Assembly (NCBI GenBank): GCA_000091205.1 | Contig: AP006501.2 | Strand: one strand, 5' to 3' | Source: Cyanidioschyzon merolae | Taxonomy: Eukaryota | DNA length: 64,000 nt | Part shown: positions 1 to 10,091 of the stretch, piece after piece | Layout of the letters: each line of letters starts with the position of its first letter | How positions within the stretch are numbered: position 1 is the first letter of the stretch | Program-made: the position numbers and the translations under genes | Notes under the pieces: generated by a model | Told to the model about the DNA's origin: nothing | The model's input: the letters and a program-made list of their open reading frames with translations, nothing else | Databases searched by the model: none

Positions 1-764
1 CCCCCCATTCCCCCCCATATCACTCCGGCCGGTTGGTCAAAGCGGAAAAGCGTCTGTTAATTCTATGTCTATTGTTTCAGATTCAATAGTGAATTTCCTT
101 CCGCGCTACAGCCGGAATTTATGCCATCTGTACTAGCGACCTCTGGCCCAGCAGAAGTACTACCGATTTTATCTTGCGATACTTTCTCTTTACATATGTA
201 TGTGTAGGAGCATCGCTTGGATTAACAGTATCATTAGGGAATTCTCTCCAGTTCTACCTTTGTTCACAAAAACTTTCTAGTTTCCGGCTATCCCAGGTTG
301 CCTGATCGATATTTGCTCTCGTTGCGGCGTCTATTTTTTCGAGCATTATTTTGAGCTGCCGTCGCTGTTCCCCACTCTCGTCTGCACTCTTCTGTTTATA
401 CATATTATCGTGCATCGGTATCGAGCCTTGAGCACTCGCCGTGGCATCTCCGTCGCTGGTGTGGATGCACTACGGAACAGATCAGCTTTCGCATACCACT
501 AAGCGCTTCGGATTTGGCTCGTTGCTCGCGACACGAAATTTAGACTTTTCATATATGCTGGGTGTCTCCAAGCTGGACAGGCAGTCTCTCTGCTGCGATG
601 GTGCGACGCGGTCTACTATTCGTCTACCGCAATCTAGGTGACGCTTAGACTCTAAAAAGCAGATCCAATTTCCAGAATCTATTGTTTTTCGATTGAGATT
701 GTAAGGTGGGTTGCATCACTCGCAACATTGTGGTCACCCGGACTAGAGGCTGGTAGAGTCTCGC

Positions 765-3410
765 TGCTCGCCGACCCTCCTCCCAAATGTGATTTTTTGA
801 CCACATGCGAATACTTCTTTCTGTTAACGTCTACAGTCAGTGGCGTTTGTATTTGCTATTCCGTTTTTCGATATTGTCTCTCTTTGGTATTTTCTATATC
901 GTCCGCCCTGGTAGCGCATCGCGAATTCTTGCCGTTACGTTACACTCTGTGCGTCTCGCCGATCATGGGGAACGTGTTAATGACCTCTTCTAGAGCGACT
1001 GCTCCATTGGGGCCACTTGCATTCTTAATCGAATGGTAGCAAAGTATAGTTTTGTATTCAATGGCGTTTCTAACTTCTAGTAAGAGTATTCAACTGATTT
1101 TCGCCATTCAACGCAGAGGTGTCCGACGAGTTTTTTGCTAAAAAATGTCAGACTTTTGTAATATGAGGTTGTGTGTTATGGATGGCCGTTGTTGCCGAAT
1201 ATCGGGAAAAAAGGTGACATAGTAGCTAATTCCAGAGGACTAGGAAAGAAGTGGAAGCGAAATGGGGAGGTGCTACGACGAACGCTGCACTAGTTTCGTG
1301 TCTATGTCGATATGGTTGTGGAATCCTGTCGTCTCCAACATATCAATGTTCCGTACGACTGAACGCTCCAAGATGCAATCAGAAACTGCGTCGACTCGCA
1401 CTCCAGGAATGATTGTTACTCTCCTTTAGAACTGACGCATTTGGTGAGCGAGCTCCATCGCGACGTAACGCACATCGCAAAATTGATCTTTCCGGAACAC
1501 TTTTTCAAAACAGAGTTTCATCTACTATCTGAATGCTTGCAATGGGGGCGCATCGCGGGGAAACTAGCGGGCGGATGCCTACGTCAAAATTTACGACAAA
1601 TACCGCATCAACGGTGCTGGACACAGGAGTGACGCAGATATTTACGAATACAGGGCAATTAGGTGCCTCATGAATGTGAGGAACCATAGGATCCTAATCC
1701 TCGATTGTATCATGATACGCGTTGTCATTGTGCTGTACCCGGGCCTGTTTTGCGAAGGGATGCTGGCAATCATCGATGGTATGAAGAACGATCGCCAGCA
1801 TGAACAGGAGATCATATTTGTCGACAAGAGAACATCACACAGGTGAAAAAATAGGTATTCTGTTATCCACGCAAGTATTCAAAAGCATCGTTCGGTCTCG
1901 GGACTTGCCAACCCAAGAGAAAAACCTGTCATGTATGGAAAATATGAAGAGAGATGTTCCTTCCTCATCTTGCCCTACTTCATGGTTTTTGGATCGAGAT
2001 CTCGAACGCAGGGCCGAAATGGAGCTGAGTATGGATACAATGGAGTATTGGAGAGTTGGCACTGAAGAACTCCTCCAGTTGCGCTTTTTTCGACCGGTTA
2101 TGCGAATTCCTGTCACATGTTTTGATTTTTGACTTTAGAGTTCTTTTCGCCTTCATGGAAGAGGTTTATCCAGTGCCCGATGGAAGCGACAGAGACGTAA
2201 CCGGCGAAGACCGGGATACCTACTAGATGCGGAAGTTCGAGTTCAAGCGTCCGAAACCGGCCAGTAAAAGGTATTCACCGGGGCCATGGATAACGATCGG
2301 GTATACATATATGTACACTTTCAGCGGTAGCAGGCATTTGTCCCATCCCGTCTTCTTTACCGCCCTCGCCGAAGCACGGAAACAGGAAGGCCGGCCATGG
2401 GATATATAATCCCCACGAGGACGACCTCGTCGTCGGCCTCAAATCCTGGAATACTGATTTTATAACCATCGTTGTTACAAGCGTTCGGAATATTTTACTG
2501 AATGTAGCTTACGTCGGAATGACAGGCGTCTTTTGAGGTTCTAGAGATCGACGTTCTACCCAGAAGCGGGAATCGTGAATACGAGGAAGAAAATTGAGAC
2601 TTGGGATGCAAAAGTGGAAGAGCATCTCGAAGTTGTGAGCGAGGTGAAGAGCCGAGGAGCGGATTTTCAGGCTTTTCAAGATTTCATGGATGTTCGTTTT
2701 GCTCATTGGGATGCGCTGTGGAAGGAGTATACAAAGCCCCGGTGGGCTTTTCTACGTGCGAATCTATACTGTCGGAAGCAGCATGCATTCGCGGACTTTT
2801 TCAATGAGTTGAGCTCCTTGAAGGAGAATGAAAGTCTGAGGCTCGTAGTAGCATATTGAGCATGGAGCTGGGCGTCGAGAAAGGGGACTACGCGTGCCCC
2901 AACGACAAGGACATTCAAAAAGTGTGCACGGCGTCTCGTTACGGTAACTGTAGATGAATTTGGAGCTTCGTATACACACCACGAGCTGTGATGTACACTC
3001 CACAGGGGCGAGATGGAAAAGTGCCAACGGAACCCTGAGGAAATAGCAAAGTACGGACCGCTGACGGAAGAGCAAATGGAAATGAGGGCAAAAGTTCGTG
3101 GACTCCTTGCATTAGTAGGTACAACGAACGATGGCGAGAAACGGATGGAGTTAATGAACCGAGACTTTAACGCCGCTATCAGTATCAGTAGATGTGCGGT
3201 GCTGGAGAAGAGACTTGCAAAGTAGACAAGAGACAACTTTGTTGGACAACCTCACAAAGCCGAACTATATGAGAGAAAGTTGGAAGCCGTAGTGGGTGGC
3301 CGGTCGAAAACGGCGGGGAGGCGTCTGCACATCAGCTGGAGACGTTATGTCTCGGGCGCCGGTGGCCACTACTGTACACGACCGGCGTTGTTCGACTTAG
3401 AAAGGCGTTT
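765..3410 (+). mobile_element. Fanzor/TnpB-like element copy 1. Heavily degraded, with an internal deletion that removes the RuvC-I segment; the left boundary is approximate.
   Basis: Frames at 1441-2130 are homologous to the N-terminal and middle region of the other copies (compare LVKEMRDDVTGIKTV / FFGKTFIRHLMLG). ORFs 2575..2859 and 3013..3225 carry HWDALWKEYTKPRWA, VDEF..SYTHHEL and MNRDFNAAISI. The conserved 3' tail ends GAAAGGCGTT at ~3401-3410. Confidence 0.6.
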
Positions 3411-3520
3411 CGCCGCGTAAGCTTCGCGAACCAGATCATCAGGAAACTTCAGGGCGCCGCGCTTAACTCGAAGTGCGCCGTACCTTCGGACTTGCTCGGA
3501 ACATCCGATGCGGATGAAGC

Positions 3521-5455
3521 CTAGCCGCAGGCACGACAACCACTTTGGGACGCGTCGCTCGAGCGTGGCAGAGTGATTGCTGGATTTTCATCAAAAAATC
3601 CGTATGGCTGTAGCATGAAGCCAGTGCTCATTGCCGGCTGCACTGGAAAGTCCTCCGGTCTCGGCAAGTGATGAATGCCGAACACGTGCCAGAGCACAAG
3701 ATCCGTATCCTCGATGCATCGATTCTGAGACACAAATCGAAGGATGCCGTCCTGTCCGTCCGAGAGATTCACGAATTCACCAGCTGGAAAGCGCTCTTCC
3801 GGGTCATAGGCTGTCACCCACAAATGACGACGGATAAAGCCGGAGCGCTGTCCAGAGGGTGAGTCCGGGTCAAGGAACGACGTGAGCGTATGTGCCGGTT
3901 CTAGTTTGTAGGCGACTGGCATATTAACACGATTCTTTTTGTTCGGATTCAACACTTTCCAATACCGGTGGCTGGCAGGATTCGCACAGCGACATGCCTC
4001 CAGCTCAGTTCGTAGCAGCGTCTCGGTGACGTAGTACGCATTCCCGTAGGGATTCGCAGCTGCATCCTCCGCTCGCGTATTACACTCTACAACAGAGTTG
4101 CGATCCCCGTCTACGCTGAGGTCCATCCGCACGCAGAAGTAATGCTGGTGAATGTGTCCTTCGACGCCAGGCATAACCTCAGTACCGTAGCGGCTCGGTC
4201 TGCCCGGCTCGCAGGCCACAGTGCTGATGACGCCAGTAGCCCGCATTTCGTACTCAATGGCGCCGTCCTGACGAAAATACCAGTATGAGGCGTACTCGTA
4301 ATTGCAAACCGTTGAAATGCTGGAGATGACGAGGCGTCTACCGCGCCGCGTTTCTGCACGGTCGGTGCGGAAATCCCAGTGCTTCCAGAGCAGGCCGGCA
4401 TCCTCTTCGTGAATGCAGATGGCGTTTGGTATGGTCAGCGGCTCGCCGTGCATCGTGGCAATGTGGGCGTCCATATAAACCACGCAACCGGTACAATCAC
4501 AATTCATCCGTAGCGAGTTCGCTAGCTTACCGATCCCGTACTCCCCAATATCAAAAACATTCTTTCGAAAGTGGGGCTCCACTGGCGTGCCGTACGGCAC
4601 GACCATCTCCACCAGGGAGAGCCTGCGAGCCACTGGGCGTCCAGCAAACCGAATATCATGCAGCGTGATACCCTCGCGTGCATTGAAACCAATCACCAGA
4701 GACCATTGATCCCAGGCAATTGTATGATCGTTCAGGACAAAGCTCGGTCCCTGGTCCTGCACAATGCGCAGCGGCTTCAAGGGCTTGCGAATATCAGTTC
4801 TCAGATTCGGTTCGTAATTGCATTCCGTTCGCGGTACGGGGATATTCTGCAGATCATAAACTTTGAGCACTTTATTGCCCAGGACATCCACCATCGCGTA
4901 AAGTCCTTCAACTGGGTGTGCATAGAGGTTGTCATCGGCATGATTCCGTACCCAGCAGAAAGCCAACGCAAGGTGGTGATCCTTCTCCTCAACGGAACCG
5001 AACGCCCCTGCCGACCACGGATCAATACAAACTAGACTCATGTCTTCGATACCGTGTTTCCTGCACGCAGCCTGGAACTCCGGACACGCCCGTACAGCTT
5101 CTTCTATAGCAGTGAACTGTTCAAGCTGGAGCATAGGGCGAGCGTTCGGGTAGTACTTTTTGGCGATTACGATCTCTTGCGAGAGCGAAACGATCAGCTT
5201 CCACACGCCAATAGAGCTTCTCCGGAAGATGAAGACCTCGGCCTCACGTTCGGTGGGCTTGCCGGCCACCCAGAGCTCTTTGGGTGGCTCGTGGAGCTGA
5301 ATTCGCTCAAAGAGCGGTTCCTCTGGGAAAGGTGCGCCCTGGCGGCCGATGCTGGCAGCACGTAAAATCTCCGCTGGCGTGAGCGGCGTCAACGGGTGCA
5401 TAATAGAGGTGTCCTGCCTCTTGTGCAGTACTGCAAAGACAACACGAGCAACCAA
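3521..5455 (-). CDS. Copper-containing amine oxidase (TPQ quinoprotein)
   Basis: 644-aa ORF. Carries the TPQ consensus N-Y-E-Y (CNYEYASYWYF) and copper-ligand histidines (GHIHQHYF). An alternative start is MHPLTPL at 5401. Confidence 0.8.
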   Translation of the reverse strand: MVARVVFAVLHKRQDTSIMHPLTPLTPAEILRAASIGRQGAPFPEEPLFERIQLHEPPKELWVAGKPTEREAEVFIFRRSSIGVWKLIVSLSQEIVIAKKYYPNARPMLQLEQFTAIEEAVRACPEFQAACRKHGIEDMSLVCIDPWSAGAFGSVEEKDHHLALAFCWVRNHADDNLYAHPVEGLYAMVDVLGNKVLKVYDLQNIPVPRTECNYEPNLRTDIRKPLKPLRIVQDQGPSFVLNDHTIAWDQWSLVIGFNAREGITLHDIRFAGRPVARRLSLVEMVVPYGTPVEPHFRKNVFDIGEYGIGKLANSLRMNCDCTGCVVYMDAHIATMHGEPLTIPNAICIHEEDAGLLWKHWDFRTDRAETRRGRRLVISSISTVCNYEYASYWYFRQDGAIEYEMRATGVISTVACEPGRPSRYGTEVMPGVEGHIHQHYFCVRMDLSVDGDRNSVVECNTRAEDAAANPYGNAYYVTETLLRTELEACRCANPASHRYWKVLNPNKKNRVNMPVAYKLEPAHTLTSFLDPDSPSGQRSGFIRRHLWVTAYDPEERFPAGEFVNLSDGQDGILRFVSQNRCIEDTDLVLWHVFGIHHLPRPEDFPVQPAMSTGFMLQPYGFFDENPAITLPRSSDASQSGCRACG

Positions 5456-6070
5456 GATTACCTCGGTTGCGCTTCAAGGCGCCTCAGCGTCTATCGTACC
5501 AAGGACTGCAACGGAAACCGGGAGCAATGAAGGAATAAATTCCGTTGAGCGATCAACTTGCGACATAGATGTACAGAACGTACAGGAGCAATCTGGGTGT
5601 CGGACACGTCTCCTTCATCGAGCGGGGAGGCGTCTCGCGCAGTGCACGCATCGCTCTCGGTGAGCGTATACCTGGGAAATCAGGCAGTCAACTGACACGA
5701 TGCGTATGCCGTTGAAGCGAAACGCGATCCTGATCAGTAGGGTGTTGTTCAACCGGAAAAAGTTGGATTTCAATTCAGGTCGTAGCCAAGAACATTTTTT
5801 CACTTCGTATTTGTTTCAACCTTCAAACAAGTCTAGACAAGTGGTTTTTCGCAGTATATGACAGAAGCGTTCAAAGAGCGTTGTTTTTTTAAAAAAACCT
5901 AAAAAAGGAAAGCTTTGAGAAAGCAAGTTGACGATCCTGGAGGCCCAGGGTCGCCGGCCGCTAGAGACAAACAAAAAGCAGTGCCGAGTCCAGAAGAAAA
6001 GGAAGAGAAGAAGAACCGAAAGCGGGATGCCCTACGTCGGAGGCGGCAAGAAACATGACTGTAGAACGAG

Positions 6071-8310
6071 ATGGAGGTGAAAACCTTTCTTCTTGGACAT
6101 ATCAAGGATCCCTACAAGGAAAAGTTGCGAGAAACTATCGAAAAACGTGTCGACTCGTACTCCTTGAGGATTATGAAGGTTTCTTCATAACTATTCCATT
6201 TGGTGAAGGAGATGTGTCGCGACGTAACCTAGATGGAAATGGTGGCATTCCGGACAAGTTTTTCGATAAGACCTTTATTCGTCACTTGATGCTTGGCACA
6301 GAGAAAGCGCGGAAGGAAAATGAGCGGGTGTATGCGCTCCACGAAAAACATCCCTTTTACAGCTTCAAGGGTACTCGGTACAAGGGTGACCGGGATGTTT
6401 ACGACTATGGGGCGATGAAGTACCTCACGAACCTGAAGAACCATTTGACAGAGAACCTCGAACGTTCCATGATACGCGCCGTGATTGCACTCTACCCGGG
6501 CCTGTCTCGCCAAGGAAAATGGGCGATTATCATAGGCATCACCAAAGATCGCAAGCATGAAGATGAGATCGAACTCGTCGACAAGAAGACATCACGTAAG
6601 AGAAAGAATGAAGCTTCTGTCATCCGTGCGGCCATACAAGTGTACCGTGCAGTCTTGGGGTTGGCAAATCCGACAGACAAGATATCAGAGTTGAAAAAAG
6701 ATAAGGAATGATACTATCGCCTCATCCTGCGCTATTTTGTGTTTCTGGACCGAGAACTCAAACGCAAGGCAGAGGCGAGGCTGAGTGGGGAAAAAATGAA
6801 GAGTGGGAGAGACGGAAGCCTTTCCTAATGGGTAAGCGCTTCGACGTGGTTCCAATGTGCAAGATCAAGTCATATTTGTGACTATTGACTCCGGCGTCCT
6901 TCACGCCATCATGAAGGAGATCAGTCCGGATTTCAGTGTCAGCGAGGAGGAGTTCTCCGGTGAAAACCGGGAGACGTACTGGAAGAATATCTTCGGTTTC
7001 AAACGCTTGCGAGTGAGCAAGGAAACGTTGTTCACCGGAATGATTGATACCGATGGAGTAGCCTAGTGTGTACACTATCGGCGGTTCAAGAAAGATCGTC
7101 CTGGTCCGCCGTCGGCTGTGCCCGTGACGAAGGATAAAGAAAAGAATGAGGCGGATCCTGCGACGCTGGTGGTGGAGGAGAACGAACTTATTTTTGACGC
7201 GGCGAAGGATGAAGAAAAGAATGAGGCGGATCCTGCGACGCAGGCGGTGGAGGAGAACGAACTTATTTTTGACGCGGCGAAGGATGAAGAAAAGAATGAG
7301 GCGGATCCTGTGACGCAGGAGGTGGAGGAGAACGACCTTATTTTTGACGCGGCGAAGGATGAAGAAAAGAATGAGGCGGATCCTGTGACGCAGGAGGTGG
7401 AGGAGAACGACCTTGTCGTTGACGTGGCGAAGAATGAAGGAAATACGGAGGCGGATCTTACAATGCAGAAAGTGCAGGAGAACGACTTTGTCGTTGGTGT
7501 GGACCCTGGAAATACGAATATCATAACCATCGCAGCACCCAAGCGCGCGGAAGATGGTACTGACGGCAACTTACGTCAGAAAGACATGCGTCTTTCGAGG
7601 TTCTCAAGAGCTAGATATTACCGAGAATCCGGTGTAATGAATGCAAGGAAGAAAACCGAGAAATGGAATTCAGGAATGAAAGATCTCCCGGAACATTTGA
7701 GCGGGGTGACGAGCCGAGGAGCCGACTTTGAAGCTTTTCGTAAATTCGTGGAAGTTCGCATGGCGCATTGGGATGTGCTGTGGGAGGAGTATACCATGCC
7801 CCGGTGGGCTCGTTTGCGTGTGAAACTGTATTGTGGGAAGCAGCGGGCGTTCGCCAACTTTTTCAATCAGTTGAGCGCCCTCAAGGAGAATGAAAATCAG
7901 AAGCTTGTAGTAGCGTATGGGGCAGGCCACTGGAAGACCCAAAAAGGAACTACGCCAGCTCCAACGACAAGAACGTACAAGGAGTGCGCACAACGTTTCG
8001 TTGCGATACCTGTAGACGAGTTCCGAACATCCTATACACACCATGAACTGGGATGTACACTTCAGCGAGTCGAGATGAAAAAGTGCCGGCGGATCCCTGA
8101 GGAAATCGCCAAGTACGGACCGCTAACAGAAGAGCAAATGGAAAGGAGCGCGAAAGTTCGCGGACTCCTTGCGTAAGTAAGTACAACCAGTGGTGGGAAG
8201 GAACGTATGGAATTCGTGAACCGAGACTTTAATGCCGCTATCAATATCCGAAAATGTGCGGTGCTGGAGGAAAGACCTCCAGAGAAGACAAAAGGCAACT
8301 TTGTTGGATA
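6071..8310 (+). pseudogene. Fanzor1-like (TnpB-family, RuvC) nuclease pseudogene with frameshifts and a nonsense codon
   Basis: Starts MEVKTFLLGHIKDP (compare MVVKTCLLAHIKDP in copy 4 and MAVKACLLQHTKDP in copy 3). Frame changes near 6200, 6711 and 7066, and a stop at 8177. Ends after CAVLEERPPEKTKGNFVG*. Confidence 0.65.
7130..7504 (+). repeat. In-frame tandem repeat, 5 units of 75 bp (25 aa, acidic: [25 protein letters not shown]), inside copy 2 immediately upstream of RuvC-I
   Basis: The units are visible directly in the translation of 7118..8176. Copies 3 and 4 have a single unit at the same position. Confidence 0.85.
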
Positions 8311-8579
8311 GCCTCTAAAAGTCGAACTATATGAGAAAAAGTTGGAAGCAGTAGTGGGTGGCCGGTCGAAAAAGGCGGGGAGGCGCCTGCGCGTCAGTTG
8401 GTGACGATTTGTCTCAGGCGCGGTTTTCCCGCCACTACTGTACATGGCCGACGTTGTTCGACTTTCGAAAGGCGTTGATCGCGCGCGAATTTCGCGCTCC
8501 ACCTCTGTTCTTTGGCGCTCTCGCAGACCTGCGTGTGAAGTAGTTTCTGGATTCTCGACGCAAGTTTCGATCTCATAGT

Positions 8580-10091
8580 ATGAACCACCGTACGCCTCTT
8601 TCGGCTCGAGGTGAAGCACGGGCTGCCTATGCAGCGTTTGTACCCGCTACTGGAACAGTGTGGTCAGCGTCGAGACACCGGTCACTTGGCCGGAGCTATT
8701 TCACGGCGTCGCGTCCCGGAACGCTCCAACCACACTGCAGCAGTCGCGGAAAGAGACACAACGTAGACTGGCTGCGCAGTGCCATGAGGGTGCAAGCTAA
8801 TGGAGCGTCGTACCCGGGACGAGGCAACGACCGCCAACTGTCTTCGTTGCCGTTATCCAGCGACAGTTCGGCCCCGCCGTGTCTGATTAAAGTTATCGGC
8901 GTCGGTGGTGGTGGCGGCAACGCAGTGAACCGTATGGCAGATACAGGTATTTCGGGTGTGGAGTTCTGGGCGATCAACACTGACGTGCAGGCGCTGAAGC
9001 GCTCGGCGGCACACCATACGCTGAGCATCGGGAATAAGCTGACCCGTGGTCTCGGAGCTGGCGGCAATCCCGAAGTGGGTCGCAAAGCCGCCGAGGAATC
9101 GTGCGACCAAATTGCAGAAGCCGTCCGTGGCGCCGACCTGGTGTTTGTGACTGCCGGAATGGGCGGCGGCACTGGTTCCGGAGCCGCTCCAGTAGTTGCA
9201 GAGGCTGCCCGCGAGCAAGGCTGCCTAACCGTGGGCGTTGTCACCAAGCCATTCGCGTTTGAAGGCCGGAAACGCATGAATCAGGCGCTGGAGGCTATCG
9301 AGGCCTTGCGCGAGAGCGTGGACACGCTGATTGTCGTGAGCAACGACAAGCTGCTTCAGATAGTCCCTGAGAACACACCATTGCAGGACGCATTTCGAGT
9401 TGCAGATGACATCCTGCGGCAGGGTGTTGTGGGCATCAGCGATATTATCATCCGCCCTGGTCTCATTAACGTAGACTTTGCCGACGTCCGAAGTGTCATG
9501 GCACATGCGGGATCGGCCTTAATGGGCATCGGCACCGGCAGTGGCAAGTCCCGGGCCCATGACGCCGCCGTGGCAGCGATTTCCTCACCGCTGCTGGATT
9601 TCCCTATCGAGCGTGCCAAAGGTATTGTTTTCAACGTCACCGGTGGAGAAGACATGACCCTGCACGAAATCAACCAGGCCGCTGAGGTAATCTACGAAGC
9701 AGTCGACCCCAACGCGAATATCATCTTCGGTGCCCTTATTGATCAGCAAATGGAAAGCGAGATATCCATAACGGTGGTTGCCACAGGCTTCCCTCAGCCT
9801 AACGAGAGCGCCAACAGTGGCGGCTCCTCATCTACATTGAATGCTACGGCAAATGAGTTTTACCAGGCTGGTGCGGCACCGTCGTCACCAAAGCTTGGGG
9901 GAACGAGCCGCCGCGGCGGCATTGCTGCGGATACCGCCACTCACTTTGGGCGTGATGCGGGCGCTCGGCGCCCAGCTCCGGGCCCTCAAGTGCCGCCTCC
10001 CAATCGTCAGGTCACACCTCCGCCACCACAGCCGGGACCGTCGCGCACCATAGGGAACATTCCGGATTTTCTGCGTCGATTCCAAAAGTAA
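8580..10091 (+). CDS. ftsZ: FtsZ, organelle-type (probably mitochondrial) division GTPase, with an N-terminal presequence-like extension
   Basis: Tubulin/FtsZ GTP-binding signature GGGTGSG ([14 protein letters not shown]), [15 protein letters not shown], and the C-terminal conserved peptide IPDFLRRF. About 110 aa of Ser/Arg-rich N-terminal extension precede the GTPase core. Confidence 0.85.
   Translation: MNHRTPLSARGEARAAYAAFVPATGTVWSASRHRSLGRSYFTASRPGTLQPHCSSRGKRHNVDWLRSAMRVQANGASYPGRGNDRQLSSLPLSSDSSAPPCLIKVIGVGGGGGNAVNRMADTGISGVEFWAINTDVQALKRSAAHHTLSIGNKLTRGLGAGGNPEVGRKAAEESCDQIAEAVRGADLVFVTAGMGGGTGSGAAPVVAEAAREQGCLTVGVVTKPFAFEGRKRMNQALEAIEALRESVDTLIVVSNDKLLQIVPENTPLQDAFRVADDILRQGVVGISDIIIRPGLINVDFADVRSVMAHAGSALMGIGTGSGKSRAHDAAVAAISSPLLDFPIERAKGIVFNVTGGEDMTLHEINQAAEVIYEAVDPNANIIFGALIDQQMESEISITVVATGFPQPNESANSGGSSSTLNATANEFYQAGAAPSSPKLGGTSRRGGIAADTATHFGRDAGARRPAPGPQVPPPNRQVTPPPPQPGPSRTIGNIPDFLRRFQK

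Larger units (their letters stand above)
5459..8476 (+). mobile_element. Fanzor/TnpB-like element copy 2. The most complete copy, but a pseudogene.
   Basis: The left end (CCTCG...cagcgtctatcg) is homologous to the solo left-end repeats. The ORF is split over 6055..6711, 6857..7066 and 7118..8176. Ruv[18 protein letters not shown], RuvC-II VAIPVDEFRTSYTHHELGC and RuvC-III VNRDFNAAINIRKC are all present. A TTA>TAA nonsense at ~8177 is evident by comparison with other copies (LLALVS). The right end ...CGACTTTCGAAAGGCGTT lies at 8467-8476. Confidence 0.75.

Noticed and set aside
2703-3236. Long antisense ORFs opposite the element ORF that recur in every copy (2703..3236(-), 8062..8619(-), 35931..36239(+), 41062..41370(-), 62272..62571(-), 36188..36463(+), 62009..62190(+)), with recurring peptides such as FRQRSVLFYILRA and ILIAALKSRFTNSIRF
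   Set aside because: They are conserved only because the underlying DNA is repeated. They are the mirror frame of the RuvC ORF, have no motifs, and show the same stop pattern as the sense frame. They are not independent genes.
7130-7504. Regular 75-bp tandem array, as a possible CRISPR-like array
   Set aside because: The units are contiguous with no spacers, lie in frame inside a eukaryotic ORF, and encode an acidic peptide repeat.
8696-9673. Several 90-190-aa ORFs antisense within FtsZ (8696..9277(-), 8853..9218(-), 9225..9506(-), 9356..9673(-))
   Set aside because: They are high-GC antisense frames inside a confidently identified CDS.
8580-10091. FtsZ as a sign of bacterial contamination
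   Set aside because: Flanked on both sides by eukaryotic genes and elements on the same contig, with the same GC3-biased codon usage and an N-terminal organelle-presequence-like extension.
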